DNA of 64,000 bases from positions 1,845,331-1,909,330 of the forward strand of contig NW_005202428.1 of the NCBI RefSeq assembly GCF_000372725.1. The letters are read 5' to 3'. Below, in pieces: positions 23,515-43,771 of the stretch. Position 1 is the first letter of the stretch. Every line of letters begins with the position of its first letter. This stretch comes from Emiliania huxleyi CCMP1516 (Eukaryota). The position numbers and the translations under genes are program-made. A model generated the notes under the pieces. The model saw nothing but the letters and a program-made list of their open reading frames with translations, made no database searches and was not told where the DNA came from.

Positions 23515-24282
23515 CTAGGGCACGCTTGCCCGCAGTGCCGCCGCCGGAGCCTCCACGCGCACACGAGGTGGTTGAGTCGGCAGTGAGCGGCTGTCGACGA
23601 GTGGTAGGCGGAGCAGCTGTCGTCCGCCGGCAGTTGACCGGCAAGATGAAGTCCACCGCGCTCGCAATCGGGATGTCCGGAACCGCCTCGCCGAGGCGCA
23701 CAATAGTCCTCAGTCTGGCGAAGGCCAATTCTGTCATCCTGGAAAGCCCAGAGCGGGACGTCAAGAGGCCATTCGGCCGAAAAGCAGCACTGTTTTGGGC
23801 GGTACTTCGTGCGGTACCGGCGAGCGGTACCTTGTCTTGTTTAGGGGGTCAAGACGAGAGTGCGTGGAAGCTTCAGGCAGGCTCGGTATGAACGGAGTTC
23901 AGCCCGCAAGACCGAGGCCCCTCGGTGTTCACAGCGGAGTGGCTGGGGCTATCCAGACAGCCTTCACGGCCTTCACATTGTTATTGAGAAGAAATACGAA
24001 CCACACTGTACCGTCCTGGGCTGTGCGCTGGTCTGTGAGTTGGTGAGCCCTGGAAGCCCTGGGGATGGGGGGAGAATCACAATTCTGCCCGAAATCGCAG
24101 AGGGACAGTTAGACATGCAAGGGGCCCAGGAAAATTTTCACACAAAAAGCTCGTATTTTTTATTTCGCAGCCCCAAGATCGCCGGCAAGGTGAGGAGGAA
24201 CAGTCAGGCTCGGACTGGACACCAGCGTAGTGAGAAAAGTGCTGGTCGAGACCGTGATACGGATCGATTTCGCCGGGTCAAA

Positions 24283-24540
24283 GGTGGAGATTGGAGATGG
24301 AGAACACAGATCGTAGATCCTCGCGCCGGGCATCCACCGCTGGAGCGGAGATTGGAGATCGAGATTGGAGATTGGAGATCGCAGCTGGCGGCGGCAGGAG
24401 ATTGGAGATTGGAGGAGGAGATCGGAGATGTGTCGACGCTGGAAGATTGGAGATGACGCCGCTGTCGTGACCTTTTTTTTTTGATAAAAAGGTTACTGGT
24501 TCGCGGACGGCCCGGGGAGCCTGCGGCGCCATTCTAATCT
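24283..24540 (+). repeat. GGAGATT-rich repeat element
   Basis: GGAGATT/GGAGATC heptamers ending in CGCGGACGGCCCGGGGAGCCTGCGGCGCCATTYTAATCT, shared with ~58554-58592. Confidence 0.75.
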
Positions 24541-24891
24541 ACTCCACCGCCGCCGCCAGTGCCGCCTCCGGCTCCGCCGCTGCCGCCGCAGCTGCCGCCG
24601 CTGCCTCCGGGCCCGCCACCATCCCCGCTCGCGCCTCCCTCGGCCCTCGCCGCCGCCGCCCAAAATTTGCTCATACCCGAGCATTGAGGCGGGACGACAA
24701 TACTGTGGCGACGGCGGTGCCGCGGCCCTTGCTGCCGGCTTCGCGCCCGACCTCGCCACGTGCCAGCAGCGGTGTGAGAGTAGCAGCGGGTGCAGCTAAA
24801 GAAAGAAAGAAAGAAAACAGACAACCCAAACGAGGGATGCAGCTTTGTCACCTACTTCACGCGCCAGCGAAATTTCTTCGAGCATGTGAGC

Positions 24892-25160
24892 CGTTGAAGA
24901 TGAGCGCGCGCGTCACAGCGCAGGCCAGGTCTACACTGGCCGCGGCACCAGCTCCCGCGGTCTGCACGCTAGGAGTGGTCCGCCCTCGCAATGAATGCGG
25001 AATACTATTACGAAAAGTACAACTAGTGCGACACACTAGTCAGTCTCGTAATCGCGCCAAGAGCGCGGATACACACACAAACAACAGGCGCGGCTATGAA
25101 TAGCTGCGCATATACAGATAACGACTGTTCACAGTTGGGAGAGAGAGAGTCGTCTCTAAC
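24892..25160 (-). mobile_element. Putative degenerate 3' LTR of the Copia remnant
   Basis: Follows a minus-strand polypurine tract (AGGGGGGAGCGG, ~25162-25173). Ends GGTTAGAG...CTTCAACG only approximate TG...CA, and no second LTR is present to confirm. Confidence 0.35.
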
Positions 25161-25230
25161 CCCGCTCCCCCCTAGTTGCATCGGCAACTATCTCGGACGA
25201 CTCGCGCGTCTTCGGCGAAGGGGTGATGAC

Positions 25231-26730
25231 TCACGCCTTGCCGACGGTCGCGACGAGCTTGCTCCACAGCCGGGCAGCCTGCCCCTGGAGCGTCACAGCA
25301 AAGCCGGGGCCGTTGCTGGCGTTGAGCATGTAGTCGCGACAGGTGAAGAACATAGCTCGCGTCGCCTGCGTCTTGGTGAAGACGTCGGCGATCATATAAG
25401 CAGTGCCGACGAGGTACGGCGCGACGTGGCGGAGCATGAAGAGGCGCTTGACAAACATGGTGGCACGTTCGTAGTAGCGCGTGCGAGCAGTAGAGCCGGG
25501 CTTGACGATGATGTCAAAGACGGCTTTGCAGTCACCGAGCTGGGGCGTGGGTCCTGCGACAGCTCGGCCAGCGTCCTCGAGCATGAGCCGGCAGGAGACG
25601 ACTTTCTTGGCGGCGACGGAGGCGGTGGCGGTCTCCTCTTCGGCGACGCTGAGAGCCTCGATCTTGGACTTGTTGGCGCTCCAGTCGATGGCGCCGTTGT
25701 TGAACATCACGACGCATCCGCCGTAGTGTGGCGCCTTGCCGAAGGAGGCGTCATGGTAGGCGTGGAGGCCACGAGACTCGATGAAGCCTGGCGGGAAAGT
25801 GTCGAGTCCGTAGGGGATCTTGAGCTTTCCGCCGTAGGTGATGCCGAGGTGCTTTGTGGCGTTGAGATAGTTGATGACGGTCATGATGGCGTCACGATGG
25901 ACGGCGCCGCAAGCCTGAGAGAAAGAGCCGAGCTTCGAGAAGAAGTACTTGATGTCGGGGCGCGTCATCTCGGCAGGCCACCCGATGGTTCCTAGCGGCT
26001 TCAGGAACTCGGTGACGGGGATGCGGTCGCACTCGGCAGCAGGCTCGAGCTTATCGAAGAGGGCGCGCTGGACGTCGGTCGAGCCGGCTGGGGTGGACTG
26101 AGCACGAGCGCCAATCTCGTTGCCGTAGAGGGCGGCAATCCGCTCGATGTACCGGGTCTGCCGAATAGTGAGCGTGCGGTTGGCTCGGTCGCGGAGTACC
26201 TCGATTCCGGTGAAGACGGAGATGGGGACGATATCGAGCGTCGCAATCTTGATGTACGTTCCATATTCCTCTTTGAACCGGACGTACTGGTCGGTGGCGG
26301 AAGCGGCAAAGCCGTTTGCGACGTCGTCTGCAAAAACAACGATGATTAGGCGAAAGGCTGGGTGGCTGTAGAAGTTTGGCTCGGTGAGCGAGGCGACGCA
26401 GCCAAGCTTGACGAGGGCGTCCTGGTTGAGTTTGAACCAAAGGTAGGAGCCCTGTTTGATGCCCTCGAGCGCTTTGAGAAGCATGAGCACAAAGCCCTTC
26501 TTGACGAACCCGGGTGGCATCTGGGTGTAGATCTCGGCATCGACGTCAGCCTGAGTAAACGCCTTGACGCCGTCGGCCGTGTCAGTCTCGAGGTCTTCGT
26601 CAGCGACTATGGCACACCATAGGCGGAAGGCTGTTGCGCTCAGAGTGCGCGCAAAACACTCGTGGTACTCCTTGCCTTCACGTTGTCCAAAGCCTTTCCC
26701 AACGAGACGAGCCTTGACCTTCGCTCTTGT
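25231..26730 (-). mobile_element. Ty1/Copia retrotransposon remnant: reverse transcriptase + RNase H
   Basis: KARLVGKGFGQ, DGVKAF, EIYTQMPPGF, LLKALEGIKQG, FADD and TRPDI; RNase H YHDASF, EEET, LGDCKA and ADVFTK. No gag, protease or integrase. Confidence 0.92.
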
Positions 26731-26764
26731 CTCGTGGCGTCTCTGCGGCTCCGCGGCCGAGCAG

Positions 26765-29302
26765 ATGGTGAGGTTGCTCTGCGTGGCGTCTCTGCTCGGG
26801 TACGCCAGCGCTGGGTGGACGGGAGCCCTCGGCTTGACGTTCGAGTCGAACAAGCCCGTCGAGGCCAAGTCGCTCTTCTGCCCGAGCGGCTTCATCACTG
26901 GCATCCGCGTCAAGTACGGCCGCACGAGGGACGAAGATAGGGACTTGTACGACTTCAAGCTCAAGTGCGGCCAGCGCTGGACGAGCTGGTCGGGGCTGTG
27001 GTTCAAGAACGAGTTGGAGGACAAGACGTACGAGTGCCCGGCAAAGATGTACGTCACGGGGATCGAGGTGTGCTAGCTGTGAGATGCCCTGCGGCCGCCG
27101 CCGCTCAAGGCTTCGCCCCGGCTCGGCCGTCGTCGCTGCCCGCCGCCGTCGCGTGCCGCCGCTGCTAGTCGCTCGGTTGGTCGGGACACCGACACACCAC
27201 ACCAAAAGCCGCTAGCATTGAGTCTTTGAGTCCGCCGGCTTGGCTGCTGCACAGGTCAAGCGGGGGCGGCGTGAGTGGGGCGACAAGGACACGTACGACT
27301 TCAAGCTGCAGTGCTCGGGCGTGTGGCAGGACTTCATGGGCATGAAGTTCGGGGGGCAGCAGGAGCAGGCGGGCACCGAGTGCCCCAGCGGCGAGGGCAC
27401 CTCGGGGCTCAAGGTGATGCTTCTAGAGAGGAGAGAGGCGGCGAGTGGGCGGCCGAAACGCCCCTCCAGGCGGAGAGACCCAGCAGTGGGCAACCCGACA
27501 CCACCACCTTCCGGCGACGCACCCGCCTCGCCGCCGCCTTCACCGCCCACGCCACCGCCGCCCTCGCCGCCGCCCTCGCCGCCGCCCTCGCCGCCGCCAC
27601 CCTCGCCGCCGCCGCCGCCGCCGCCGCCCTCGCCGCGGCCGCCCTCTCCTCCGCCCCCACTGCCTGCCTCTGCCCCTCACCTCACGCCAGCGCTCCAATG
27701 CCGGGCGGCCGCACCGATGGCCGTCCGGTCAAAAGCGAACTGTACTCTCTGGCACACCACTGCCCGCGGGTTAGCTGGCGACCTCCGCCCCTGCACTGCG
27801 GAGCTCCCTTACCGACCCGCCGACACTGGCTCCCCCCCCCCCCCCCCAAGGACACCCCTCCACGGCGCTATTCGCCTCCCTCACTCACACACACCTCCCG
27901 CGCACTGCTCCACCCCTCAACACGCCCTGCACGCCCACTGTGTCCGTGTGCGGTCCTCGCCCATAGGTGTTTCGCGGCTTTGTCGACTGGGGCGACAAGG
28001 ACCTGTACGAGGTGACTTCCGAGACCCCCCCCCCCACACACACACCGCACACGCACACACACTTGCCTAGCCAGTACCCGGCGCTCGCTCGCTGCCTCTG
28101 CTGCCGCCGACGCGCCCCTCGCGTGCCTTGCCCGCCTCACCTCAACCCCCCCCCCCCCCGCCCCCGCCAGTTCGAGCTCAACTGCAAGTCGATCGCGGCC
28201 AACTTGGCGTCGATCCGCGGCCTGCCCGATCTCAAGATGCTGGGGCTGCAGCGAAACGTGCGCTCCCACCTGCAGCTCCGCTCCGCCACCGCCACATGCC
28301 AGCCTGCCTGCGGCAGCGGCCAGCGACCATACCGGGGACCAGCGGGGGCCGCAGCGCCGGAAAGGTCGCGCGGCTCAGCCGGCATCCATCGCGCCACGTT
28401 AGCGGCGGGGGGAGGCCGCTGCGAGGGCGGGGCGTTCGGGGGCGGGGGGAGGGGCGTTTGCGCACACGCAGTCCTTGACACTCACGCTGGCGCGCGGCGG
28501 TGTGCATGAGTGCCGCCCCGACGCCGCTTCCCAGGTGCTGGTGTGGGACGGGGAGCAGCTCGGCGCGTGGCTAGAGGCGCTCGGGTTGGGCGACCTCGCC
28601 CCCTCCTTCCTCCACCACAACGTCAACGGCGGCACCGTCTTCTTGCTGACCGAGGAACACTTGCGCGACCTCGGCTTCAGCGTCGTCGGCGACCGGCTCT
28701 ACTTTATCGAGCTGCTCACCCAGCTGTGCGGGATAGCCGAGACGCCCCGCCACGGGCCGAGACGAGCCGGAGACGAGATGAGCGAGCCCGCCTCTCCGCG
28801 TGACGGCGGTGCACATGGCACAGGTACGACGACATCGTCGCGTGGTCGAGCAAGATCGGCGTGCAGCTCGCGACGCACCCGGTGCCGCCGCTTCGGCAGA
28901 TCGGCCTCACGCTGCAGCCGACGACGTGGAGCGTCAAGGACGTGTGCAAGGTGCTCAAGGCTGTGGGGCTCGAGGCGAGCGCCGCCCGCCCGCACGTCCG
29001 CCACCCCACCGCCCAAGCCATCCCACCGCCCAAGCCATCCCACCGCCCAAGCCACCCCGAGCCCTCGACATCCGCGCCACGCCGCCGCGGCGCAGGAGTA
29101 CGTTGAGCTGTTCGTCGAGCACCGGATCCAGGGCGACGTGCTGTTCAACCTGACCGAGGAGAACCTCAAGGAGATGGGCATCGAGAAGATTGGCGACCGC
29201 CTCCTCATCACCGACATCGTCCAGACGCTCTACGAGCAGGTGACGGGGTGGCAGCAGCAGCAAGTCAACCCGCAGTCCCTGCTGCAGCTGGGCGCGGCCT
29301 GA
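26765..29302 (+). CDS. Signal-peptide protein with three Cys-containing repeats (VMO-I/beta-prism-I-like) and two SAM domains (multi-exon)
   Basis: MVRLLCVASLLGYASA; 3x CP...(I/V)TG(I/L).V..G....D.D.Y(D/E)F.L.C; SAM-like W....LGAWLEALGL...LTEEHLRDLGF..VGDR and WSVKDVCKVLKAVGL...LTEENLKEMGIEKIGDR. Confidence 0.75.
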
Positions 29303-29745
29303 CACGGTACGGCACGGCCGCTGGGGAAGCGGCGCCCGCGCTCTCCGCGCCGTGAGAGCGGCGGATGGCTGCCCTAGAGGCCGGTGACGAGGCGCCCGCG
29401 TTGCGCACATATTTGAGCCGAAAGGGGGGGGGGGGGGCGCCGGTCCGCGGAGTACCGCCCAGCATGATGCGCGCCTAGTCGTTTACAAACGTACATATAG
29501 CTTGCGAGGGGGCTCTTTGCGGGCGCCTAGATCTAACTTCCCATCCTAAAAGCTCCGCCCGGTCCACACCCCACCTCGCCACCACCGGCCGCTATTGGTT
29601 GGCCGCGAACACGGCGGTCTTCCCCCCCCCCCCTCTGATTTCCCAAAACTCAAACACGGTCAGCCATTGCGCGGCGCGCACATTGCGGAGGGCGGAGAGC
29701 TCTGCCGCAGATAGTCGTAATCGTATACGAGGTCGATGGAGGTGG

Positions 29746-30665
29746 CTACTTGTGGAGCACAGGCGCCTCGCGCATGTGTGCCACACCAAAGTTGGAATCA
29801 AGTTGCGAGCAAACGCCACACGAGGCCGGGCATTTGCTCAGCATGAAGGAATGATGCACCTCCGCGTCGGGGGCGCAGTGGCCCGCCTCCGCCCATGCCG
29901 CGCAGCTCTCGTGCTGGTCCATGCAGATCAGGGTGCACGCGCCACATGAGTACGGGCAGCTCTTGATGACCGCTGCAGGGTTGTGCTCGCATTCGCCACT
30001 GTCATGCCACACATGGCACTGCGTACTATTGCTGTCCTCGCACTTGAGGTTATGGTTGAGCCCGTCGCCACAGACGCCACAGGACGCAGGACAGCGCTGC
30101 GGCGCGCGAGGCGGGACGCGGTTGGTGGATGCAATAGGCGTCTAGAGATGAAGCTAGAGCTAGTGAGGCATGCGCAGGCTGCAGAACTGTGGGCAGCGAG
30201 GAGAGGCACCTCGAACATGAACTGCGAGTTCCTGCCGCACTCTCCGGTGCGAACCCAGTGGCCGCATTGCCAGTCCTTGTCGCGGCACGCGTGCATGCAC
30301 GTGCCACACGACCTTGGGCAGTACAGCGTCATGAAGACTGGATTCTCGCGGCACTTGCCTGCGTCAGCCCATCCGGCACACTGATACTTGGTGTCCCGGC
30401 ACTCGGGCGTACAGATCCCGCAGTGGATCGGGCACTCTCGCATCATCGAAAGGACATTCTTCTCGCATTCGTTCTGTCGAGCCCAGCCAGCACAGTGCTC
30501 GTTGGTCTCCGTGCACTCAAACTCACACACCCGGCATGTCAGAGGGCAATGGATGGCCATGAATTCGGCGTTGGAGGAGCACTCGCCCGCGTCACCCCAG
30601 TTCGAGCAGTCAGGGTGCCTGTCGGTACAGATGCCGCCCAACTCCAAAACTGTAAAGGCAAGCAT
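29746..30665 (-). CDS. ShKT-domain repeat protein (6 domains, one intron)
   Basis: Six units of C.D....C..W...G.C..N...M...CP.SCG.C. Confidence 0.88.
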
Positions 30666-31304
30666 GGCGATGGCACAACGAGGTTCTCGAGGTTCTCGAG
30701 GTGGATATCCTTTGGCCGTGTTGGGTAGGTACAACGAGGAGGGGACGGCCGTCGCTGATTTTGATGAGGGTTCGTCCGTCTCGATGAGCCTGCGGCGCGG
30801 CGCCGATGGCACCAGGAGTAAGGCGGTCGCAGAGATGTGGACGGCCGACGCTGATTTTCAGTGTACGTACTGTAGCTCTTACGAACATACCCGTATTTTG
30901 TGTGAATAACTTCAGCGGAGCTGCGGGCGGTGCACGGACGGAGCTAAAAGTGCCTCGCCGCCCTCCACGGAGTAAGGATGAGGAATTCTTCCTAGGGCGG
31001 CTGCCGTGGTCCTGTGTTTGTGCCAGTGCGTGCCAGTCCCTTCACGTGAATGGCGAGTTGCTGTCTTTCCCCCTTCTCGACTGTCTGTGCTTGTGCGTCT
31101 TGGGTCCGGAGTTGTGCGTTTATGTGAATGGCGAGAGTCCTGTTGTCGATCCTCCTGTTGTCGATCCTCTTGCTCGACATCTGCCAGGCCCTCAGCGTCG
31201 GACCCACCGCGACCGTGCGGGTGCGACTCTGAGTCCCCTCAGCGTCAGATCCGCCGCTGCGGCAGTGCGGGTGCGAGCGCCAAGCCCACGGCTGAGCATC
31301 CTTG

Positions 31305-32000
31305 AACGCCCCGACACGCCGCTCTTTTGTCTCAACGTATGCCTCCGCATCAAGCCGTCCTGCCGCGAAGAGTTCCTTGAGTGCATCCGGCAGAATCAGA
31401 AGGGCACGCTGTCAAGCGAGCCGCTGGCCGTCACGTACGCCTACGGTGAGGACGAAACGACGCCAGACACCTGGCACTTTTTCGAGCAGTACGTCGGCCG
31501 CGAAGGCTTCGAGGCACACACCCAGACGCCGCACTTTGCGGCGTGGGAGGCGTTTGCCGCATCCGATCCGTTCAGCGCACCGCCGGAGGTCAAGTTCTTC
31601 GTCGAGGACTCGGCGTCAACCGTGTGCAGCGGCGCCGCGGCCGTGCGCGCCGTCCTGGCCGCTGGTGACTGGACCAAGCTCTTCTGCCTCGACGTCGAGA
31701 TGGCCGTCAAGCCAGAGGCCCGCGAGGGCTTCCTCGAGGCACTCCGGGCCGATCAGAGCGGCGCGCTCTCCTCCGAGCCGCTGGCGGTCTCGTACCTCTT
31801 TGGACAACGAGAGGCCCAACGTCTTCCACATGTTTGAGGCATACTCTGGCGGCCGCGAGGGCTTTGCCCAGCACGCAAAGACACCGCACTATGCTAAGTG
31901 GGCCGAGTTCAAGGGCACCGAGCCCTTTGCGGCGCCCGCCAAGGTGGGCTACTACGTGGTGGACCTCGACGGGCACCAAGAGCGGTTGCAAACGGGGTGA
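31305..32000 (+). pseudogene. Tandem ABM (antibiotic biosynthesis monooxygenase/LsrG-like) domain gene with a frameshift
   Basis: Two repeats of LFCL.V...KP..RE.FLE..R..Q.G.LSSEPLAV.Y..G...F.AH..TPH. The second repeat changes frame at ~31802, and no convincing nearby ATG is present. Confidence 0.65.
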
Positions 32001-32135
32001 GGAGTCACGAGTACTGTCCGCGTATCGTGCGAGGGAGTTTGGTCTTACATCTTTTTTCTAACCTAAAAAGAAAGAAATAATACGGGCATTTCGCGCCTAA
32101 AACGGTGCGCAACCAACAACGCCGTTGCAGCACCG

Positions 32136-40212
<8,077 letters not shown>

Positions 40213-40904
40213 TGCCGCGGCCGACGTCGCGGCGGGCATCGCTCGGCGAGGCGACCCCCGGCGCGAGCGAGATGGAGTCGATCCCTTCGTCGTGCACGCC
40301 TCCCGACGAGCTAGCCGGCCTTCCACGGCCCCCGGCGGTGCGACAGCGTGGTGCGCGCGCGTGTCGAACGAGCGGGCGACGGCGGGGGTGCACGGGGTCG
40401 GAAGGGCGGGCGCGCGGGGGGGGAGGGGGGGGGGGATCGATGCGGGCGGCGCGGCGGCTGAAGAGTTCGCCGCGTCCGACATTGCCGCCGCTGGGGAGAG
40501 GTGGGGTAGTGTGGGGTGCTCATGCGCCTGGCTCGCCCATGCCCGGGGCAGGCAGCTGTCGCGTGGCGGGGTCGACCGAGGCGCGGTCTCAGAGTAAAGT
40601 CTGTGAACTCTGTCCGTTCTCGACTCTGACTGTCCACGCGTGTGACCTTCCTAGGGTGATCTTGGGCCCGGGGCTGTGCTTTTGTGTCTACTATCAGAGT
40701 GGACAGTTTTATCTGGAATCTGCGCCATTCCCCCCCACTCCACCTAAAGTACTCAAGCGCTAGGCAACACGCCAAGAGAGTGAAGATGCGGCCCTGATCG
40801 TAGATGCGGCCCGGGCGCGAGCCGCGACACACGCAATCCAGCTGGAGAGGACGGGCAACCGCCCTCACAGGCAGCAAGCACCACCCTCGCGCGCCCGTCT
40901 CGGC

Positions 40905-42695
40905 TCACCTTCGTGGAGTCGGTGGCTTGTAGTCGCCGCCCGAGGAAGTGCCCCCTTGCGACGGCGTCTGCGGCGTGTTTGTCTCGCACTCGACCGGCCA
41001 CCGCTCTGCATTCCACCGCCCCGCGCGGAAGTCCTGTTTGCCACGCGCGACCCTCTTCAGCTCATCCACCGTCGGCCAGCGGAAAACATTAATCCGGCGG
41101 CGGGGGCTGTACAGCGAGAAGGGTTGGTCGCTGTCCTGTGGCGGGGCGTCTCGTGATCGTGACGTATCGTCGAGGCGCGCACTGCCAAGATGTTGGGTGC
41201 TCGCAAAGACCCCGCCCGTGCTGCGTCGGTGAAATGTTAGCGTGGCAGGCGGAGGGGCAATGTCGAGGTCGAGCGACGTCTCCACCTTTCGCTCCTGCTC
41301 GAGCACCGAAGGCGCATAGGAGAGCTGCGTGAGTAGGGGCTTGGCCACCATCGTGAGCAGCAACTGGCCGCATGGCGCCATAAGAGCGAGGGTTGCCTGC
41401 GCGAGTGTCTGCAGTAGCCCGTCCTTCCCCGCGAACTCGTAGCTCCCCACCATCACGCCGGGATACAGGCCCTCGGCCGCAGGCCGCGCGGCTAGCACAC
41501 CCTGGATGGTTGCACGCGGCAGCGACGCGGCCACGCAGAAGGTCGCCTCGATGACCACGTGCCTCACGCTCAGCGGGCCTCGCACCAAGCGCTTACGGGC
41601 CGTTGCGCCGCAAACGACGAGGCAGGCGACGAAGCGGCCAGCGAGGCCGCACGCCAGCGCAGGGAGAAGCTTGGGGAGCAGCTCGATTTTTCGGGGCACG
41701 TCTGTGATGCCGGCGCCGATGGCCGCAAAGAGAAACAGGGCACCAAAGACCCACAGGCCCTCGAAGAGCGTCTCGGCGTAGTGGGCTACGCGCGGCGAGA
41801 AGTAGGCACAGAAGAAGGTGGTGCAGATGAGCGCGAGCTCTGGAAGCATGAGCCCTTCGGGCTTGTGGCCCGGCGGCGTGGGCACAACAAGTGGCATGCC
41901 GTTTGACACGATTGGCTCACCCGCGGCGTCTTCCCCAGCGAGGCCAAAGACGAAGAGGGACGCGCCGAGTAGCACGAGGAACTCCTCCACCTCGGTGGAC
42001 GAGAAGACCCGCCGGTCGGCTATGTGGAACCATTCTGCGTTGTTGCAAAATGCACTGATCCCAAACCCGACAACTAAGCCCAGGCCGATGGAGGCGGCCA
42101 GCTTGAGGACGACGCCGAAGGCCAGCCGCGCCCACAGCGGTGCAGGCGACTGCGCACCGGAGGAGGCGAGGAATGCGTACATGAAGAGCGCAAACGTGGC
42201 CTCGAGAGGAGCGACACAGGCCATTATCCGAGGCAGCGGCCCCAAGTCGCTCGCGCGGAGCTGCTGCATGATTGGGATGACGAGGCCGTCGCCCAGCGCG
42301 GAGAGCATCGAGCCAGCGAGCAACCCCTGCTGGAAGGTTACCTCGAGCGACCAGGACAGGACGAGGCCGATGCAGCACGTCTCGGTGAGTATTGGCACCG
42401 TCGCGAGCAGCAAGACCGTGAGGGTGAGGTCGTCGACATGGATCTCGCACCCGGCACGACAGAGCACGAGCACAAAGGCCAGCGTCTGCAGCGACGGCAG
42501 AGCCGTCTTCATCGTCTCACCCGCAAACTGACGGGCAAGGCAGCCGGCCAGCAGGACGCCGACTGCGCCGGGCATGCGCATTGCGCCAAAGACGCGGAAA
42601 ATGACGTAGCCCGGCAGGATGATGAAGGAGAGATTGAGGAAGAATGCGTCGCTAGGGACCCATTCTGTCAGCGACAATGCTGCCGCGTAAGACAT
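40905..42695 (-). CDS. Cation/proton (Na+/H+) antiporter, NHA/SLC9B-like
   Basis: About 12 hydrophobic segments; GVLLAG, VLCRAG, GLVIPIM, LFLFAAIGA and LPRATIQG. Confidence 0.75.
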   Translation of the reverse strand: MSYAAALSLTEWVPSDAFFLNLSFIILPGYVIFRVFGAMRMPGAVGVLLAGCLARQFAGETMKTALPSLQTLAFVLVLCRAGCEIHVDDLTLTVLLLATVPILTETCCIGLVLSWSLEVTFQQGLLAGSMLSALGDGLVIPIMQQLRASDLGPLPRIMACVAPLEATFALFMYAFLASSGAQSPAPLWARLAFGVVLKLAASIGLGLVVGFGISAFCNNAEWFHIADRRVFSSTEVEEFLVLLGASLFVFGLAGEDAAGEPIVSNGMPLVVPTPPGHKPEGLMLPELALICTTFFCAYFSPRVAHYAETLFEGLWVFGALFLFAAIGAGITDVPRKIELLPKLLPALACGLAGRFVACLVVCGATARKRLVRGPLSVRHVVIEATFCVAASLPRATIQGVLAARPAAEGLYPGVMVGSYEFAGKDGLLQTLAQATLALMAPCGQLLLTMVAKPLLTQLSYAPSVLEQERKVETSLDLDIAPPPATLTFHRRSTGGVFASTQHLGSARLDDTSRSRDAPPQDSDQPFSLYSPRRRINVFRWPTVDELKRVARGKQDFRAGRWNAERWPVECETNTPQTPSQGGTSSGGDYKPPTPRR

Positions 42696-43029
42696 GAGCT
42701 CCTGGGGGTGGGGGTAGGCCGCGCAACGATCCGGACGCACGACTGCAGCAGGATAATCGGTACTCTAAGGGAACGGGAATTTCTTCATCTTGGTTTTTAA
42801 ATTCATGCATAAACAGGATCAACACTGGGGGGGGCACGGGACTGGCGATAGGCACACCGGGCCAGGACAACAGTTGGGTGGATCCGTTTCGTTCGGGATT
42901 CTCGTATCGATGGCCCCCAACCAAAGATAAATCGATGGCCCCCAAAGAAAATTTTAAACAAGCGCGAACTCCGCGCACGCACATTCGCACGTGCACGTAT
43001 CGGGTCATGTCCCTCCCTTGGTACAGCCG

Positions 43030-43524
43030 CGGCGGATTGCACATAATGGAGCCTTCCCATGGCCTCAATCCTTGTCGTGGTGCACATACTCATACAGCTC
43101 CATGCTCGAACTGCTCGGTGGCTTCACGTCCTGGGGTTGGTGGCACAGTGCTTACATCGGCGGCATCATCACAGCCCCATGATGATCACAACGTGAGGAG
43201 CTGTCCGTGTGACTCTCAGCCCCAACCCTCTTCTTCGAGTGCCTCAACCACTTCTTGCTTTGGGTGGGCGTCCTGTGCGGCGAGGGCACACACGCGCACC
43301 ACCACGCGTTTGGTAGTCTCGCACACCGCCCGGGCATCGACCTGCCCTTCCACATCTTCCTCCGGCCGCTGCTCGCTCTCGGGCTCGTGTCACGTGTGTG
43401 TGGGATGCAAAGCTGGCTGGCAGGGAGAGCCCGACGCCCACTTGTCCGCACTCAAAGTAGCAGTAGGACTCCGCCGATCCGAGCATCCGGCAGCCGCCAA
43501 CCGCACTCTTTGACGGCTCCGTGA
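43030..43524 (+). pseudogene. Fragment resembling the C-terminal part of a membrane fatty-acid desaturase
   Basis: GEGTHAHHHAF...RPGIDLPFHIFLRPLLALGLV resembles the third His box of delta-9-type desaturases. The upstream frame is interrupted and the first two His boxes are not seen. Confidence 0.4.
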
Positions 43525-43771
43525 GAGCGCTCGGCTGGCACGATAGTCGCGCGGGAGCCTGGGGACCCTGGTGTCATCGCGTGTCCGCTCTCTGAGCTCG
43601 GTTATAGTCACTTAGCTCTGTCTGTCCACTCTGTTCAACAAGATTGGTGTGGGTGTCGGTAAAATAGGTATTTTCTTCTCAATAACACATAACGAGCAAG
43701 GCGTGGGAAATCACACATACAGCTATAGGCACGCACAGCAAAATACCAGACATCAAAAGATAAAATTCACT

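Noticed and set aside
25096..25995. 299-aa plus-strand ORF
   Set aside because: Antisense shadow of the Copia RT/RNase H frame with no motifs of its own.
30806..31304. N-terminal extension of the ABM ORF
   Set aside because: Reads like non-coding sequence that is open by chance; the true start could not be placed.
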